Source: Candidatus Woesebacteria bacterium RIFCSPLOWO2_01_FULL_39_10 (GTDB lineage: Bacteria; Patescibacteriota; Microgenomatia; UBA8517). Taken from it: a stretch of 49,866 bases of DNA. Positions 19,776-28,801 of this stretch are shown one piece after another. The notes under the pieces were generated by a model that saw only the letters and a list, made by a program, of their open reading frames with translations, did no database searches and was not told where the DNA came from. The translations under genes were made by a program, and so were the position numbers. The first letter of the stretch is position 1. Every line of letters starts with the position of its first letter. The stretch covers positions 13,829 through 63,694 of the forward strand of contig MGHC01000026.1 in NCBI GenBank assembly GCA_001793015.1, written 5' to 3'.

Positions 19776-21791
19776 TTATTTAAAAGCCTGAAAGGAATTT
19801 ATTAATCCTTGCTTTATACTCGTTTTGCGTATGGAGGAGAGAGTACTTCCTACGAGGATTCCATTTGCCCAATACAATCCTGTTTCCCCAGCCGGAAGTA
19901 TATCGTAAGTGAAGTCCTTCTGGTAAAAAATATTATCGGCGGTTGTTACGTGACCTCCATCGTAAACATCTGCTACCTTAAGATCAGCAATTGTATAACC
20001 GTCACTTCTAGGGTGGCCAGGTGAAACGAAGAGTTCACGCCCATCGTCAATGACAAGATGAGTTATTATATGTGTCTTCGGCACTGGTGTAATGATAGCC
20101 TTAAGGATCTTTACGGAGATACGCAAACCAGATTTGTTTAATGTCCATATTTTTACCCCCTTCTTTAGATGTTGAACAGCAATCGCTCCTTTTGGAGTGT
20201 CAATTAGCGTATCTTCGGAAAGACATGGTTTCCTCCCAAACGCACTGAAAAGCCCCCTCCATCCACGAGCTTCAATTTCACCCATGATTTTCTTTTCATA
20301 ACCGCCCCTTATAAGACCGTAAGGATAAGTAATAGGTTGTGCACCAATTCCCACTCCAGTCATAATAGCAGCACCAATTGCAGAACCATACCCAAACGGC
20401 CTCTTGGAAATAAGCGATTGAATTATATTAGCGATATTTGGAACCAAAGCGAGTATTCCAATTGCAACTATAAATCCGAAATTAATCCCCGTTCCCAGAT
20501 CGAAACCAGGCAGATGAATAGTACCCGAACCTCCTAAAGATTGTATTCCGTACGGGTTTAATAAATTTACAGTGTTAAGCCCAGTGAAAATCGTTTCAAA
20601 TATGCCAGGATTCGTTGCATTAAATGAACTCCAGAAAATAAAATGAGCCAAAAAAAACATAGCAATTATTCCGGGAAATACTGCAACTTGGGCTACTAGG
20701 TCTCTAAGCCAACTACCGAACCCTCCAGTATTGGGAAATATTCCGCCTAATATTATTATTGGGCCAAAAACTATAAGAAGAACGATATTTATAAAGGTTT
20801 TTATCCAAGTCCAAAGAATTCGTAGCCAGATAAGTATGAAAAAAGCGATAATTACAAGGAATATAATGCCCTGAATAAATAATGCTGGTACTGCCATGGT
20901 TACTGATAAAACTCCAACGGTTAGTGGGATTATTGTATACGCTGTAATGTAAGTATTTACAATCAAAAACATTGTAATCATTGGATGGCCTCCAATAAGT
21001 TTGGTGTAAAGTTCAACTGCAGAAAGAGAACTTACAGAATCAGCGGCAACGGCAAGAAGCCCGACGGATACAAAAGAAAGGTCTATAACAAATCCTGCTA
21101 TCGCATAGGAAAATGTGATTAACAATAAAACGAATATCATGCGGGGAATTGCGGACTGAATAGTGATTACTGTCTGCGGAGATATTTTCAGTCTAAACAT
21201 GACCATGAAGGAAATGGCAACGAATGCTATGACCAAAAGAAAGTACGCAATATTTCTTATTGCCTTCCAAATTTCTTGAATTGGAGAGAGCGTTGAAAAA
21301 CCAAATCCTTGGGCTTCGGCCTGAGGAATTAGGTGAAATTGTGATAATTTATTTTGTATATACCCAATACCGGAAATCGGATTATTGGATACAGTATTAT
21401 TAATTACCTGAGCTAAGTTGGTCTCACCCACATAACCGATCCCAAAAGCTTGGAAGATGCCGGAAATTACTCCTGCTAAACAAGCCGAAATAGATGTGGG
21501 GCTTGCAAAATTTGTTCCAATACAGAGTAATATTTCCGGGGGCATAAATGCCGCTTTCAACGCGTGTAGAATCCAAATTACTTGTGCCTGAGTATAGCGT
21601 TCGCCGAAAATCTCATCTGGATTGGTTTGATCGTAAACCTTTGTCGCGTACTCGCCAAATGTCGGGTGATACCATGTTCCTACTTGTGCCTGAGCATAAG
21701 GAGTAACAAGACTAACTAGAAGTACTGAAGCCAGAACTAAGGATATGATCAGTTTTTTGATTAATGACAATTGACTTTTGACTTTTGACAT
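19776..21791 (-). CDS. Polytopic VirB6/TrbL-like membrane protein with a C-terminal Hint domain
   Basis: 671 aa. A signal-like N-terminus (LVLASVLLVSLVTPYAQAQ) is followed by at least 8 hydrophobic helices, then a Hint domain starting at Cys523. The VirB6 assignment rests on topology and context only. Confidence 0.6.
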   Translation of the reverse strand: MSKVKSQLSLIKKLIISLVLASVLLVSLVTPYAQAQVGTWYHPTFGEYATKVYDQTNPDEIFGERYTQAQVIWILHALKAAFMPPEILLCIGTNFASPTSISACLAGVISGIFQAFGIGYVGETNLAQVINNTVSNNPISGIGYIQNKLSQFHLIPQAEAQGFGFSTLSPIQEIWKAIRNIAYFLLVIAFVAISFMVMFRLKISPQTVITIQSAIPRMIFVLLLITFSYAIAGFVIDLSFVSVGLLAVAADSVSSLSAVELYTKLIGGHPMITMFLIVNTYITAYTIIPLTVGVLSVTMAVPALFIQGIIFLVIIAFFILIWLRILWTWIKTFINIVLLIVFGPIIILGGIFPNTGGFGSWLRDLVAQVAVFPGIIAMFFLAHFIFWSSFNATNPGIFETIFTGLNTVNLLNPYGIQSLGGSGTIHLPGFDLGTGINFGFIVAIGILALVPNIANIIQSLISKRPFGYGSAIGAAIMTGVGIGAQPITYPYGLIRGGYEKKIMGEIEARGWRGLFSAFGRKPCLSEDTLIDTPKGAIAVQHLKKGVKIWTLNKSGLRISVKILKAIITPVPKTHIITHLVIDDGRELFVSPGHPRSDGYTIADLKVADVYDGGHVTTADNIFYQKDFTYDILPAGETGLYWANGILVGSTLSSIRKTSIKQGLINSFQAFK
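19848..20225 (-). other. Hint (Hedgehog/intein-like, BIL-type) domain at the C-terminus of the VirB6-like protein
   Basis: Block A is CLSEDTLIDTPKGAIAVQHL (Cys codon at 20225-20223). Block B is LFVSPGHP (an SxxH variant of TxxH). The terminal block is FTYDILPAGETGLYWANGILVGS, where the canonical HN is replaced by GS, and 23 more residues follow. Confidence 0.7.
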
Positions 21792-21894
21792 TTTACTTGA
21801 ATAACTTCGTCTATCTAAATTAATAATAACATACTGTCATTCTCTAATTGCAAGAATAACTCAAGAATAACTTTTGACTTTTGACTTTTGACAT
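21771..21894 (-). repeat. 21-nt perfect direct repeat that duplicates the start codon region of the VirB6-like gene
   Basis: ttgacttttgacttttgacat occurs at 21771-21791 (the real start, MSKVKSQ) and again at 21874-21894. The 82-nt spacer contains GTTATTCTTGA-like words. Confidence 0.85.
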
Positions 21895-21906
21895 TTAGTT
21901 ACAAAA

Positions 21907-22278
21907 TTAATTGCCATCTTTTAAAAGTTTTCTTCTGAAGGCAGTAATCTGATTTGCTAATTTTTGTGCATTCTCTAAGTATTGAATGTGAATTTCTTTT
22001 GAAATGTATCTATCTAACAATGCTATATCGAGGCAAGCGACAATTTCATTAATAGAAGTATGAGATTTATTTAAGAAATTGGCAAAATCTTTATCAGTAC
22101 TCCGATCAGTACCCTCTGCGATATTTAGTATGATTGAATTAGCGGCTCTAATTATTTGATCCCCTAAAAGATATAACTCGTAATCAGGGAAGTATTTCTT
22201 AACTAGCGTTTTAATTTCACTTCTAAAAACAAGTGCATCTTTATAAACTTGAAATTTTCTGAATCTAAATTTCTTCAT
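21907..22278 (-). CDS. Four-helix-bundle protein (23S rRNA IVS protein / Avd family), copy 2
   Basis: 123 aa, with IILNIAEGTDRSTDKDFANFLNKSHTSINEIVACLDIA. Confidence 0.8.
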   Translation of the reverse strand: MKKFRFRKFQVYKDALVFRSEIKTLVKKYFPDYELYLLGDQIIRAANSIILNIAEGTDRSTDKDFANFLNKSHTSINEIVACLDIALLDRYISKEIHIQYLENAQKLANQITAFRRKLLKDGN

Positions 22279-22303
22279 AGAGTCAAATGTTAATTGTTAA
22301 ATG

Positions 22304-22789
22304 TCACAGGTTTTGTTGGCAAAAACTAAGTTTATATATCTGACCTGCATTATCGGGATTTGCGGATGCAGGAGTCGCAACGTCCACGTTCAATTTGCAG
22401 GCCTCTTCCGGGGTTATTCCTAGTTTTTCTAAGAAAACTTTTTCAGCGGCATCCTTCTGTTCGTTAAATGGTGAGGCAGAGATTGTAATATAAAAAAGGG
22501 TTTGGTCGGGAAGATAGAAAATATGAAAATTGTCTGTGCGGGAAATTGTGACATAACTTTTTTTATCGAAATTTTCTATACCCTTTGTAAAGTCATTCAT
22601 TCTTACACCCGAAATTACGATTGTTGGGCCTTTAAATCTATTATTCCCAGGCAAGAATTTAGAAAGAAATTCGGTGTTTTTAAAAACTTTTACCAAAACC
22701 AATACACAAAGTATAAGAAATATAAAGAGAATTACTCTTTTTACGTCCCTTCCCGGCTTTGTGTTTTCGTTTTTTTTCTTTATGGGCAT
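22304..22789 (-). CDS. Hypothetical membrane-anchored protein
   Basis: The ORF track gives 22304-22843. I prefer the ATG at 22789 (MPIKKKNEN...), which overlaps the upstream stop by 10 nt. It has a single TM helix (VILFIFLILCVLVLV). Confidence 0.5.
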   Translation of the reverse strand: MPIKKKNENTKPGRDVKRVILFIFLILCVLVLVKVFKNTEFLSKFLPGNNRFKGPTIVISGVRMNDFTKGIENFDKKSYVTISRTDNFHIFYLPDQTLFYITISASPFNEQKDAAEKVFLEKLGITPEEACKLNVDVATPASANPDNAGQIYKLSFCQQNL

Positions 22790-25700
22790 AGGCTGGCTAC
22801 AAGTTGCATGCAAATAACATTGGGTGATCCCCAAGGACTCCAATCTTGTCCACCTCCGGACATTGCAGAAGCGTAAGCTGCGTTTTCGTCTGGATCAAAA
22901 TACCCAAAAAATGTTTGTCCATCGCCGTATAAACAATAATCAACTGTCGGTTGGTCTAGTATTTGGCAGGAGGGATTGGGGTACGATGTATAACTAAAGG
23001 CCGCTGCACACACAGGCGGGTGAACTAAGAGGTTTATTTGGAAAAGACCAGCTGAATAGTCGGGAGTCGCTCCAATTCTACAATCATCATTTAAGGCTGT
23101 GGGGTTTCCACCTGACTCTCTGTTGCAAATAACTGAGGCTTGGTTGGCGTGACATCCTGGGAACCATTGGCTAAGATATGTTGGGCTGCAAAGCCCCGTT
23201 CCGATCTGACATCTTCCTCCGGTCGGAGCAGCCGGTGCTGTACAAAGGGATTGAAATACTTGATAAGCATCTTTTAAGGGAGAAAAGCCGGCAAGGGGTT
23301 CTCCCGTTAGACCCATACAGAGAGGTCCCTCAGGGGGTGGGATATCATGAAGCATGTGTAAATCGGCAAACTCGACATAATTTTGTGTAAAGATCCAGCT
23401 TAGGGCGTCTTGTACTCTTTGGGCCTGTTCTGCATAACTTAAGCCACCTATACAATAATTAGAGTTAGTTGCATGGATAGTGTTGAAGCCGTATTCAGTC
23501 AGCCAGATTTTATTGTTTGAATAGCCCCTTGTAACCATAATATCTCTTATTGCCAAAACGTTATTACGGTCTAAGGGGTCAGTATTTCGATTTGCCCCAT
23601 AAGGGTGAAACGTAACTGCGTCAAATCTTCCATTATATCGGTAATAATCATCTACTGCGGAAGCTCCGGCTCCCCCCAGCGGGGCCGCTGCGGCGATTGT
23701 AAGGCTTGAGTCAACTTGCTTTGCGGCATCACTGAATTGATTTAACCAAAATACATATAGCGCAGGATCGAAGTTCCCATTGGGATCATAGTTCCCATTA
23801 ATACCTTTGAAGTTTTCCCACATATCTGGCTCATTCCAAAATTCCCAATTTCTAATTCTTGGGTATTTTCTGACCACGTCTTGTGCAAACTGTCTAAATT
23901 CATTTACAACATTTTGATCATTACGATCCATTACACATTTTGTTTGATTACGGATACAACTGTTGGGATCGTTAGGATCTCCGGGATTGATAGTATTCCA
24001 AGGAGGAATTGTGACAAAAATTCCAATTATTGTTGTATTGTTTCCCAGCATCGTGTTTACGGCTGTATCAATTCCATTTCCATTCCAGTCATAAACGTCT
24101 TTTGTTGCTCCTTCAACTGCCGCCCAGTCTATTCCGAACCTGACGTTGGTTACTCCCAAAGTTCTGAAGTGTTGGGTAAATTGGGTAGGATTGTCCTTGA
24201 TTCTCCAAGATTGGGCAGAGATTCCACACCTTGCTCCTCCAATTTGGCCGAGAGGGGCGTATGGGTCGTTGAGTGGGTCTGGGGCAGACGTACATCCTTG
24301 GCCAAAACCCTTAGGTCTAAGCGTTTTTTGAATACAATTTAAAAAGTATTCATGAATTCCGCCGATATGGGGAAAGTAAAGTTCGGCTTGAGACCCCAAC
24401 CGCCCGGTTGCTGGATTTCCTGCAAGTGCACCACCGGTGACTGTATAGTTTACGGGAGAGGCTGCCGGAATGTCCCAAAGCCGTCTAATAGGACGCCCCG
24501 GCGCATCCTCGATTTTTGGAAATATTCTTTTAAATACGGCGGCTGGACCTGCAACCAAACGAGACCAAACCTCATCGGCTAGAGGAGTCTCCGTTACAGT
24601 CTGAAGAGCAATTGTTGCCGTACTTGAGCAATTTTGAGTTAGATTAAGGTTACTGCCAAAATTGGGATCAATTCCGCAAGTTAGATTACCTGTTCCTGTG
24701 TTGCAGGCTAATCCTGGGCAACATTGACCAAGCGATATCCCCGAAGCCTCGCAGACTTGCCCCGAAGGTATACAAGTAGGAGCAGCAGGAGTGCATCCGA
24801 CACCACAGAATTGATTCAGTCCGCAGTCGACTTGACCATAGTAATTGCTACAGTTCCAGTTTGAAACAGGTAGGGGCTGACAAGAACCAGATCCACCTGT
24901 TAATTTACTACAAAGATTTCCTTGAAGAGTGGGGTCATAGATAGCAAAATCACAGGACATTTGGGCAGTATACTGAATCGTTGCGGTCAGATTTGAGGCA
25001 AAAAGAGAGTCTCCCGGGTTTGACCGAATTTCGCGTATGTCGCAATATTGAGCACTTGGCGCAATGGCAGGATCTGCTGGAGCAGCAAGATCTGCTCCTT
25101 TATACGAGTGAAGAGTTTGTAAAAGCTCTCCAAGCTCGTTTGATTCAAGCATGTGGGAAAAATAAAGAAAGGAAGGATTTTGTTTTGTAATTTGAGAACT
25201 TAAGATCGTTACACTACTGGAACCCGCGGGTTGAATGGAATAAGTATCTAATCTACTTTGACCAACCCTATCTTCAGTTGAGGAGAAAGGAATATAGGAA
25301 AACATTGTTGAACTTGCAGGATTAAATAATCTCCAGAACTGATACCGTATCCAATAAACAAAAAATGGACTGGGATTAACTGGAAGGGGTGGGGGTGGTT
25401 GTCCGGGATTAACTAAATTCCAATACAGATTCCATATTGAACTAAGAAGAGATATATTCCAGATGCGCTGAAGTGGCGGTGCTTGAGTTACAAAGTCAGA
25501 TAGCCTAGCCCCAGGTGGGATGAGTGGTGGGAGTTGAAGACCCGGATAACAGTGAGATACCCCAAGAAGGATGTTCGAGCACGCGACAATCTGATTATGA
25601 CGAATATTACCCTGCTGTTGTTTGTCTACCTCTTGAATTCTTCTGACGACCTGGCTCTCCCAAGAAAGCAGTCTTTTCAAAGGTCCGGAAAAGTCTATGA

Positions 25701-27843
25701 TCCTCTTTTCTCCTTGGGTTGTAAGATTTCCAAAGATGTCAGTATCTGGCGGGTCATATTCTGCTCGGCCTATTACTCCATTTAAATACCAACTGACATA
25801 TTCGTTTACTTTTTGTGGGTCGGTTACTGTTTCGTCTTGAAATCGGCTGTTTATAACTCTAAAAGGGTCAGACTGGTTACCTATTGAAGGTTCAGTGTAA
25901 CCCATTATCGGTAATTCTGTATCTTGAGGGTCGATGGTGATATCCCTGGTTCTTGAGATGTTAAAAACGCAAGTTTCGGTTCCGTCGCCGTTATCACGAC
26001 AATCAGGAGAGTTTGCGCACTGATTAGGAAGGGTCGGATCGCAAGTGTTTAAAGACGGAATGCATTGTGAAGATGGAGTAGTGGATACCGAAGTACATTG
26101 CGGAGCAAGCCAGTGTTCAATATCTGGCTCATTCGGCCCAGTAATTGCGTAAACAGTCCCGCTTACTTGACTGTCAATTGACCGAAGGAAGGCTCCGTAT
26201 TGTGATGCTGACGGACCACTTGTCCAACTTGCATCACCAATTCGGATTATCGGAATAAGGTTACGACTATGTGCGATACCAATATCTGTAAGGACTGGGG
26301 TTTCGTCGATGCCGTTGGAAATAGCTAGTGTGTAAATCATTCCATCGACTCCATCGACGTCTGAGTAAAATTGTGACGGGGCTGAGTAATATACAGCAGA
26401 ATTCGCTCCAAGTTTTGTGCACGGAAGGCTACCGCAGGCGGTTGCAAAGTCGGATATCTTTCCCTGGTTCAGTAAATTTGGATTCCAAGTTGCGGGATCG
26501 TAATTTCCGTAACCGAAACCGTTAAAGAATAGCGCCCCTAAGTAACTGGAATCTCCCTTTACTAACGACATTTGTGTTCCAAGATCGCCCAGTGTTCCAT
26601 CGATAACGCCTGTTTCGGTTACCATTACAGGAAGGTTTAAGCCAGTAGCTGTTCTGAAGGCCGACACGTGTCCGGTAACATTATTACCACAACAGTTATA
26701 AGCGTTTCCTGCGATACCAGTAAGAGATGACCAGTCGGCACCGGCAGCATTCATTGCGCTCGCAATTTGATATGTCACGGGATTTGTGAAGTTAAATGCA
26801 GGAGAAAGAAATTTAATATGCGTTAAAGGCCCTGCGCTTGTTGCGCTGGATATCACACCATTCATATAAGATGCAAGTGCAGTTCCCATACAAGTTGGGT
26901 CAAATCCGATTGGTGAACAATTTCCGCCTCGACAGGCATAGCATGCTGCTCCAAGAGGTGTAGAAGGAACTGCGGGAGGAGAGGAGTAGCTTCCTGAATA
27001 ATTTGAGGGGTCGAATTGTTTATCAACGCTAAAGCTGTCAGTTAAAATAAAATCGTTTCCGCAAAAAAGCGCCAAATCTTCCAAACGCCTATTACAAGGA
27101 CTTGCCTGGTAGGGTCTTAGAGAGTGAAATTCGCCTTCAAAAGGATGAGTTAAGTTTGGCCTCGTTTCGTTACAAGGAACATACGGATCTGGATATGGGG
27201 TGCGCCTTCCAGGCGGTGGAGGATTTGTAACAGAATTACTACAAATTGCAGGAGGACGCTTTGGGTCATATTCTGGATTTCGTACGCTGCAAGAGCCGTA
27301 TGTTTTTGACTCTGGGCAATGACTTACAGGTGAACCGCAGCAGAATACATTTGAGCCGCAGGCCAAAATATCAGTTATTCCAGTCCAGGCACCTGTATTA
27401 AAAGTAACATCTGAGGGTGTGGCAAATTGTTGCCATCCTTTGTCAACGGAAATACCGGCCGGTGTGATAGGACCATCAAAGTTTGTTCCCCAACAAATAA
27501 GGGACGTATTACTCCAACTTGTTCGAGAGCAATAAGGTATAGTTTCCGCAGCCGTACCACAAACTGGGTTTCTAACAGCGTCATAAGCATTTGCTTCCCA
27601 CTGAGTATCGCATTTTACCGCGACCCCCTGTGTATTAATTGTTGCGTCATATAGAATTGCAGGTGGGGTCGGAGCTGCTGTATCGCAGGCACAGTTACTG
27701 CCGTCAGGATTGACGCAATAACAGGCAGCCTTAATTTCTTTTGGAAATGTAAAAAATAGTAAGAAGAAAAAACCCACTAAGAAAGTCAAGAAGTATATTC
27801 TAATAAACTCTTTGTTATTAAAAAAAAAATTGGACAGAAACAT
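22780..27843 (-). CDS. Giant secreted Cys-rich multi-hydrolase with clan GH-A-like TIM-barrel module(s) and a C-terminal lysozyme-like domain
   Basis: 1687 aa with an N-terminal TM/signal (IYFLTFLVGFFFLLFFTF). The GH-A motif is IRNWEFWNEPDMW (Glu codon at 23830-23832) and the nucleophile motif is KIWLTEYGF (Glu codon at 23494-23496). Earlier NEP-like and TE-like motifs are YAITGPNEPDIEHW (about 26111-26150) and VMVTETGV. The C-terminus CNRESGGNPTALNDDCRIGATPDYSAGLFQIN (from 23127 downward) parallels the E...S..DYG.xQIN pattern of C-type lysozyme and lytic transglycosylases. Knottin-like Cys clusters occur throughout. Confidence 0.65.
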   Translation of the reverse strand: MFLSNFFFNNKEFIRIYFLTFLVGFFFLLFFTFPKEIKAACYCVNPDGSNCACDTAAPTPPAILYDATINTQGVAVKCDTQWEANAYDAVRNPVCGTAAETIPYCSRTSWSNTSLICWGTNFDGPITPAGISVDKGWQQFATPSDVTFNTGAWTGITDILACGSNVFCCGSPVSHCPESKTYGSCSVRNPEYDPKRPPAICSNSVTNPPPPGRRTPYPDPYVPCNETRPNLTHPFEGEFHSLRPYQASPCNRRLEDLALFCGNDFILTDSFSVDKQFDPSNYSGSYSSPPAVPSTPLGAACYACRGGNCSPIGFDPTCMGTALASYMNGVISSATSAGPLTHIKFLSPAFNFTNPVTYQIASAMNAAGADWSSLTGIAGNAYNCCGNNVTGHVSAFRTATGLNLPVMVTETGVIDGTLGDLGTQMSLVKGDSSYLGALFFNGFGYGNYDPATWNPNLLNQGKISDFATACGSLPCTKLGANSAVYYSAPSQFYSDVDGVDGMIYTLAISNGIDETPVLTDIGIAHSRNLIPIIRIGDASWTSGPSASQYGAFLRSIDSQVSGTVYAITGPNEPDIEHWLAPQCTSVSTTPSSQCIPSLNTCDPTLPNQCANSPDCRDNGDGTETCVFNISRTRDITIDPQDTELPIMGYTEPSIGNQSDPFRVINSRFQDETVTDPQKVNEYVSWYLNGVIGRAEYDPPDTDIFGNLTTQGEKRIIDFSGPLKRLLSWESQVVRRIQEVDKQQQGNIRHNQIVACSNILLGVSHCYPGLQLPPLIPPGARLSDFVTQAPPLQRIWNISLLSSIWNLYWNLVNPGQPPPPLPVNPSPFFVYWIRYQFWRLFNPASSTMFSYIPFSSTEDRVGQSRLDTYSIQPAGSSSVTILSSQITKQNPSFLYFSHMLESNELGELLQTLHSYKGADLAAPADPAIAPSAQYCDIREIRSNPGDSLFASNLTATIQYTAQMSCDFAIYDPTLQGNLCSKLTGGSGSCQPLPVSNWNCSNYYGQVDCGLNQFCGVGCTPAAPTCIPSGQVCEASGISLGQCCPGLACNTGTGNLTCGIDPNFGSNLNLTQNCSSTATIALQTVTETPLADEVWSRLVAGPAAVFKRIFPKIEDAPGRPIRRLWDIPAASPVNYTVTGGALAGNPATGRLGSQAELYFPHIGGIHEYFLNCIQKTLRPKGFGQGCTSAPDPLNDPYAPLGQIGGARCGISAQSWRIKDNPTQFTQHFRTLGVTNVRFGIDWAAVEGATKDVYDWNGNGIDTAVNTMLGNNTTIIGIFVTIPPWNTINPGDPNDPNSCIRNQTKCVMDRNDQNVVNEFRQFAQDVVRKYPRIRNWEFWNEPDMWENFKGINGNYDPNGNFDPALYVFWLNQFSDAAKQVDSSLTIAAAAPLGGAGASAVDDYYRYNGRFDAVTFHPYGANRNTDPLDRNNVLAIRDIMVTRGYSNNKIWLTEYGFNTIHATNSNYCIGGLSYAEQAQRVQDALSWIFTQNYVEFADLHMLHDIPPPEGPLCMGLTGEPLAGFSPLKDAYQVFQSLCTAPAAPTGGRCQIGTGLCSPTYLSQWFPGCHANQASVICNRESGGNPTALNDDCRIGATPDYSAGLFQINLLVHPPVCAAAFSYTSYPNPSCQILDQPTVDYCLYGDGQTFFGYFDPDENAAYASAMSGGGQDWSPWGSPNVICMQLVASLCP

Positions 27844-27851
27844 GTTGGGCC

Positions 27852-28172
27852 CTATGGTGCTATTTGGAAATTTAGAATGTTCAATTGTCCGGTAAAAACT
27901 CCGATGAATCGCAGGAATAAATATGATAAAGCAAGAAGTACCATTCCTCCAATTGCGTATGTCAAAGTTTTTTTGGCTTGTTCTATGGCCTTAGGGTCTC
28001 CGCCTCCTGTAATAAACTGAATACCTCCCCAAATAAGCATAAAAAAAAGAACGATGCCTGCAAGTCCAAGTAGAGCAGCAATTGCGTTTTCAAAAATGCC
28101 CTCCAATCCTTTGAGGGTAGCAATTCCACTTATATTGTGAACTCCCGCCTGGGCAAGTAGCTTACTTTCCAT
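27852..28172 (-). CDS. VirB2/TrbC-like T4SS pilin-module protein P1
   Basis: 106 aa. Two TM helices flank FITGGGDPKAIEQAKKTLTYAIGG. An AGAGG Shine-Dalgarno lies 2 nt before the ATG. Confidence 0.7.
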   Translation of the reverse strand: MESKLLAQAGVHNISGIATLKGLEGIFENAIAALLGLAGIVLFFMLIWGGIQFITGGGDPKAIEQAKKTLTYAIGGMVLLALSYLFLRFIGVFTGQLNILNFQIAP

Positions 28173-28242
28173 ACCTCTAGTTTAATTGAAGAATTTGAGA
28201 AGGGCAACTGGTGTATTGATAGAATCTTATAGTTTTGTCCAC

Positions 28243-28266
28243 AAAAAAACCCCGATTTAATCGGGG
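28243..28266 (-). terminator. Rho-independent terminator after pilin P2
   Basis: On the minus strand the sequence reads CCCCGATTAAATCGGGG followed by TTTTTTT (plus-strand A-run at 28243-28249). It lies 20 nt after the P2 stop. Confidence 0.7.
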
Positions 28267-28286
28267 TTCTCTTTTTCTTACTCCTT

Positions 28287-28637
28287 TTATGGAGCTTGTG
28301 CATTCGGGATATTGAGTTGCAATATGTTTACCCCGAAGAATATATTAACTAAGTTGATTATTGCCCAAGCTGCAAAGACTATAACTAATCCAACTAGTGC
28401 TGCGGTGATTTGACCTCGCGCAGCCTCTGTCTGGGCTTTGTCGCCACCTGAAGTTATGTATCTTACTCCACCCCAGACTAGCATGAAGAAGAAAACTAAA
28501 GCTGCGACAATAAGAACTAAAATTATTAGAGCGGAAATAATGTTAGCAATCGTAATGTTATTAAGACCCGAGAACTGTCCTCCAGGGCTAATGTTGATTG
28601 GACTTTGGGCGAGAACTGTTGAAAAAAGTGTTGTCAT
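28287..28637 (-). CDS. VirB2/TrbC-like pilin-module protein P2 (own promoter and terminator; candidate major pilin)
   Basis: 116 aa, with YITSGGDKAQTEAARGQITAALVG between two TM helices. Confidence 0.7.
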   Translation of the reverse strand: MTTLFSTVLAQSPINISPGGQFSGLNNITIANIISALIILVLIVAALVFFFMLVWGGVRYITSGGDKAQTEAARGQITAALVGLVIVFAAWAIINLVNIFFGVNILQLNIPNAQAP

Positions 28638-28670
28638 GAAATTTATTTAATTATCTTTATGCTGATTATT

Positions 28671-28700
28671 ATTATGGCCATCACCAATTCTTTTTGTCAA
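28671..28700 (-). promoter_or_regulatory. Sigma70-like promoter for P2 (TTGACA-N18-CATAAT)
   Basis: On the minus strand, TTGACA is the reverse complement of 28695-28700 and CATAAT is the reverse complement of 28671-28676. The -10 element ends 33 nt before the P2 ATG. Confidence 0.45.
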
Positions 28701-28801
28701 GGGGTAAAATGATCTCAATTTTATCCCCTAACGGACATTTTGTGTGCAAAAAAACTTTTTTCTTGACCCAACTTACATTTCCTGCAAGGTGAGTTTTTCA
28801 A

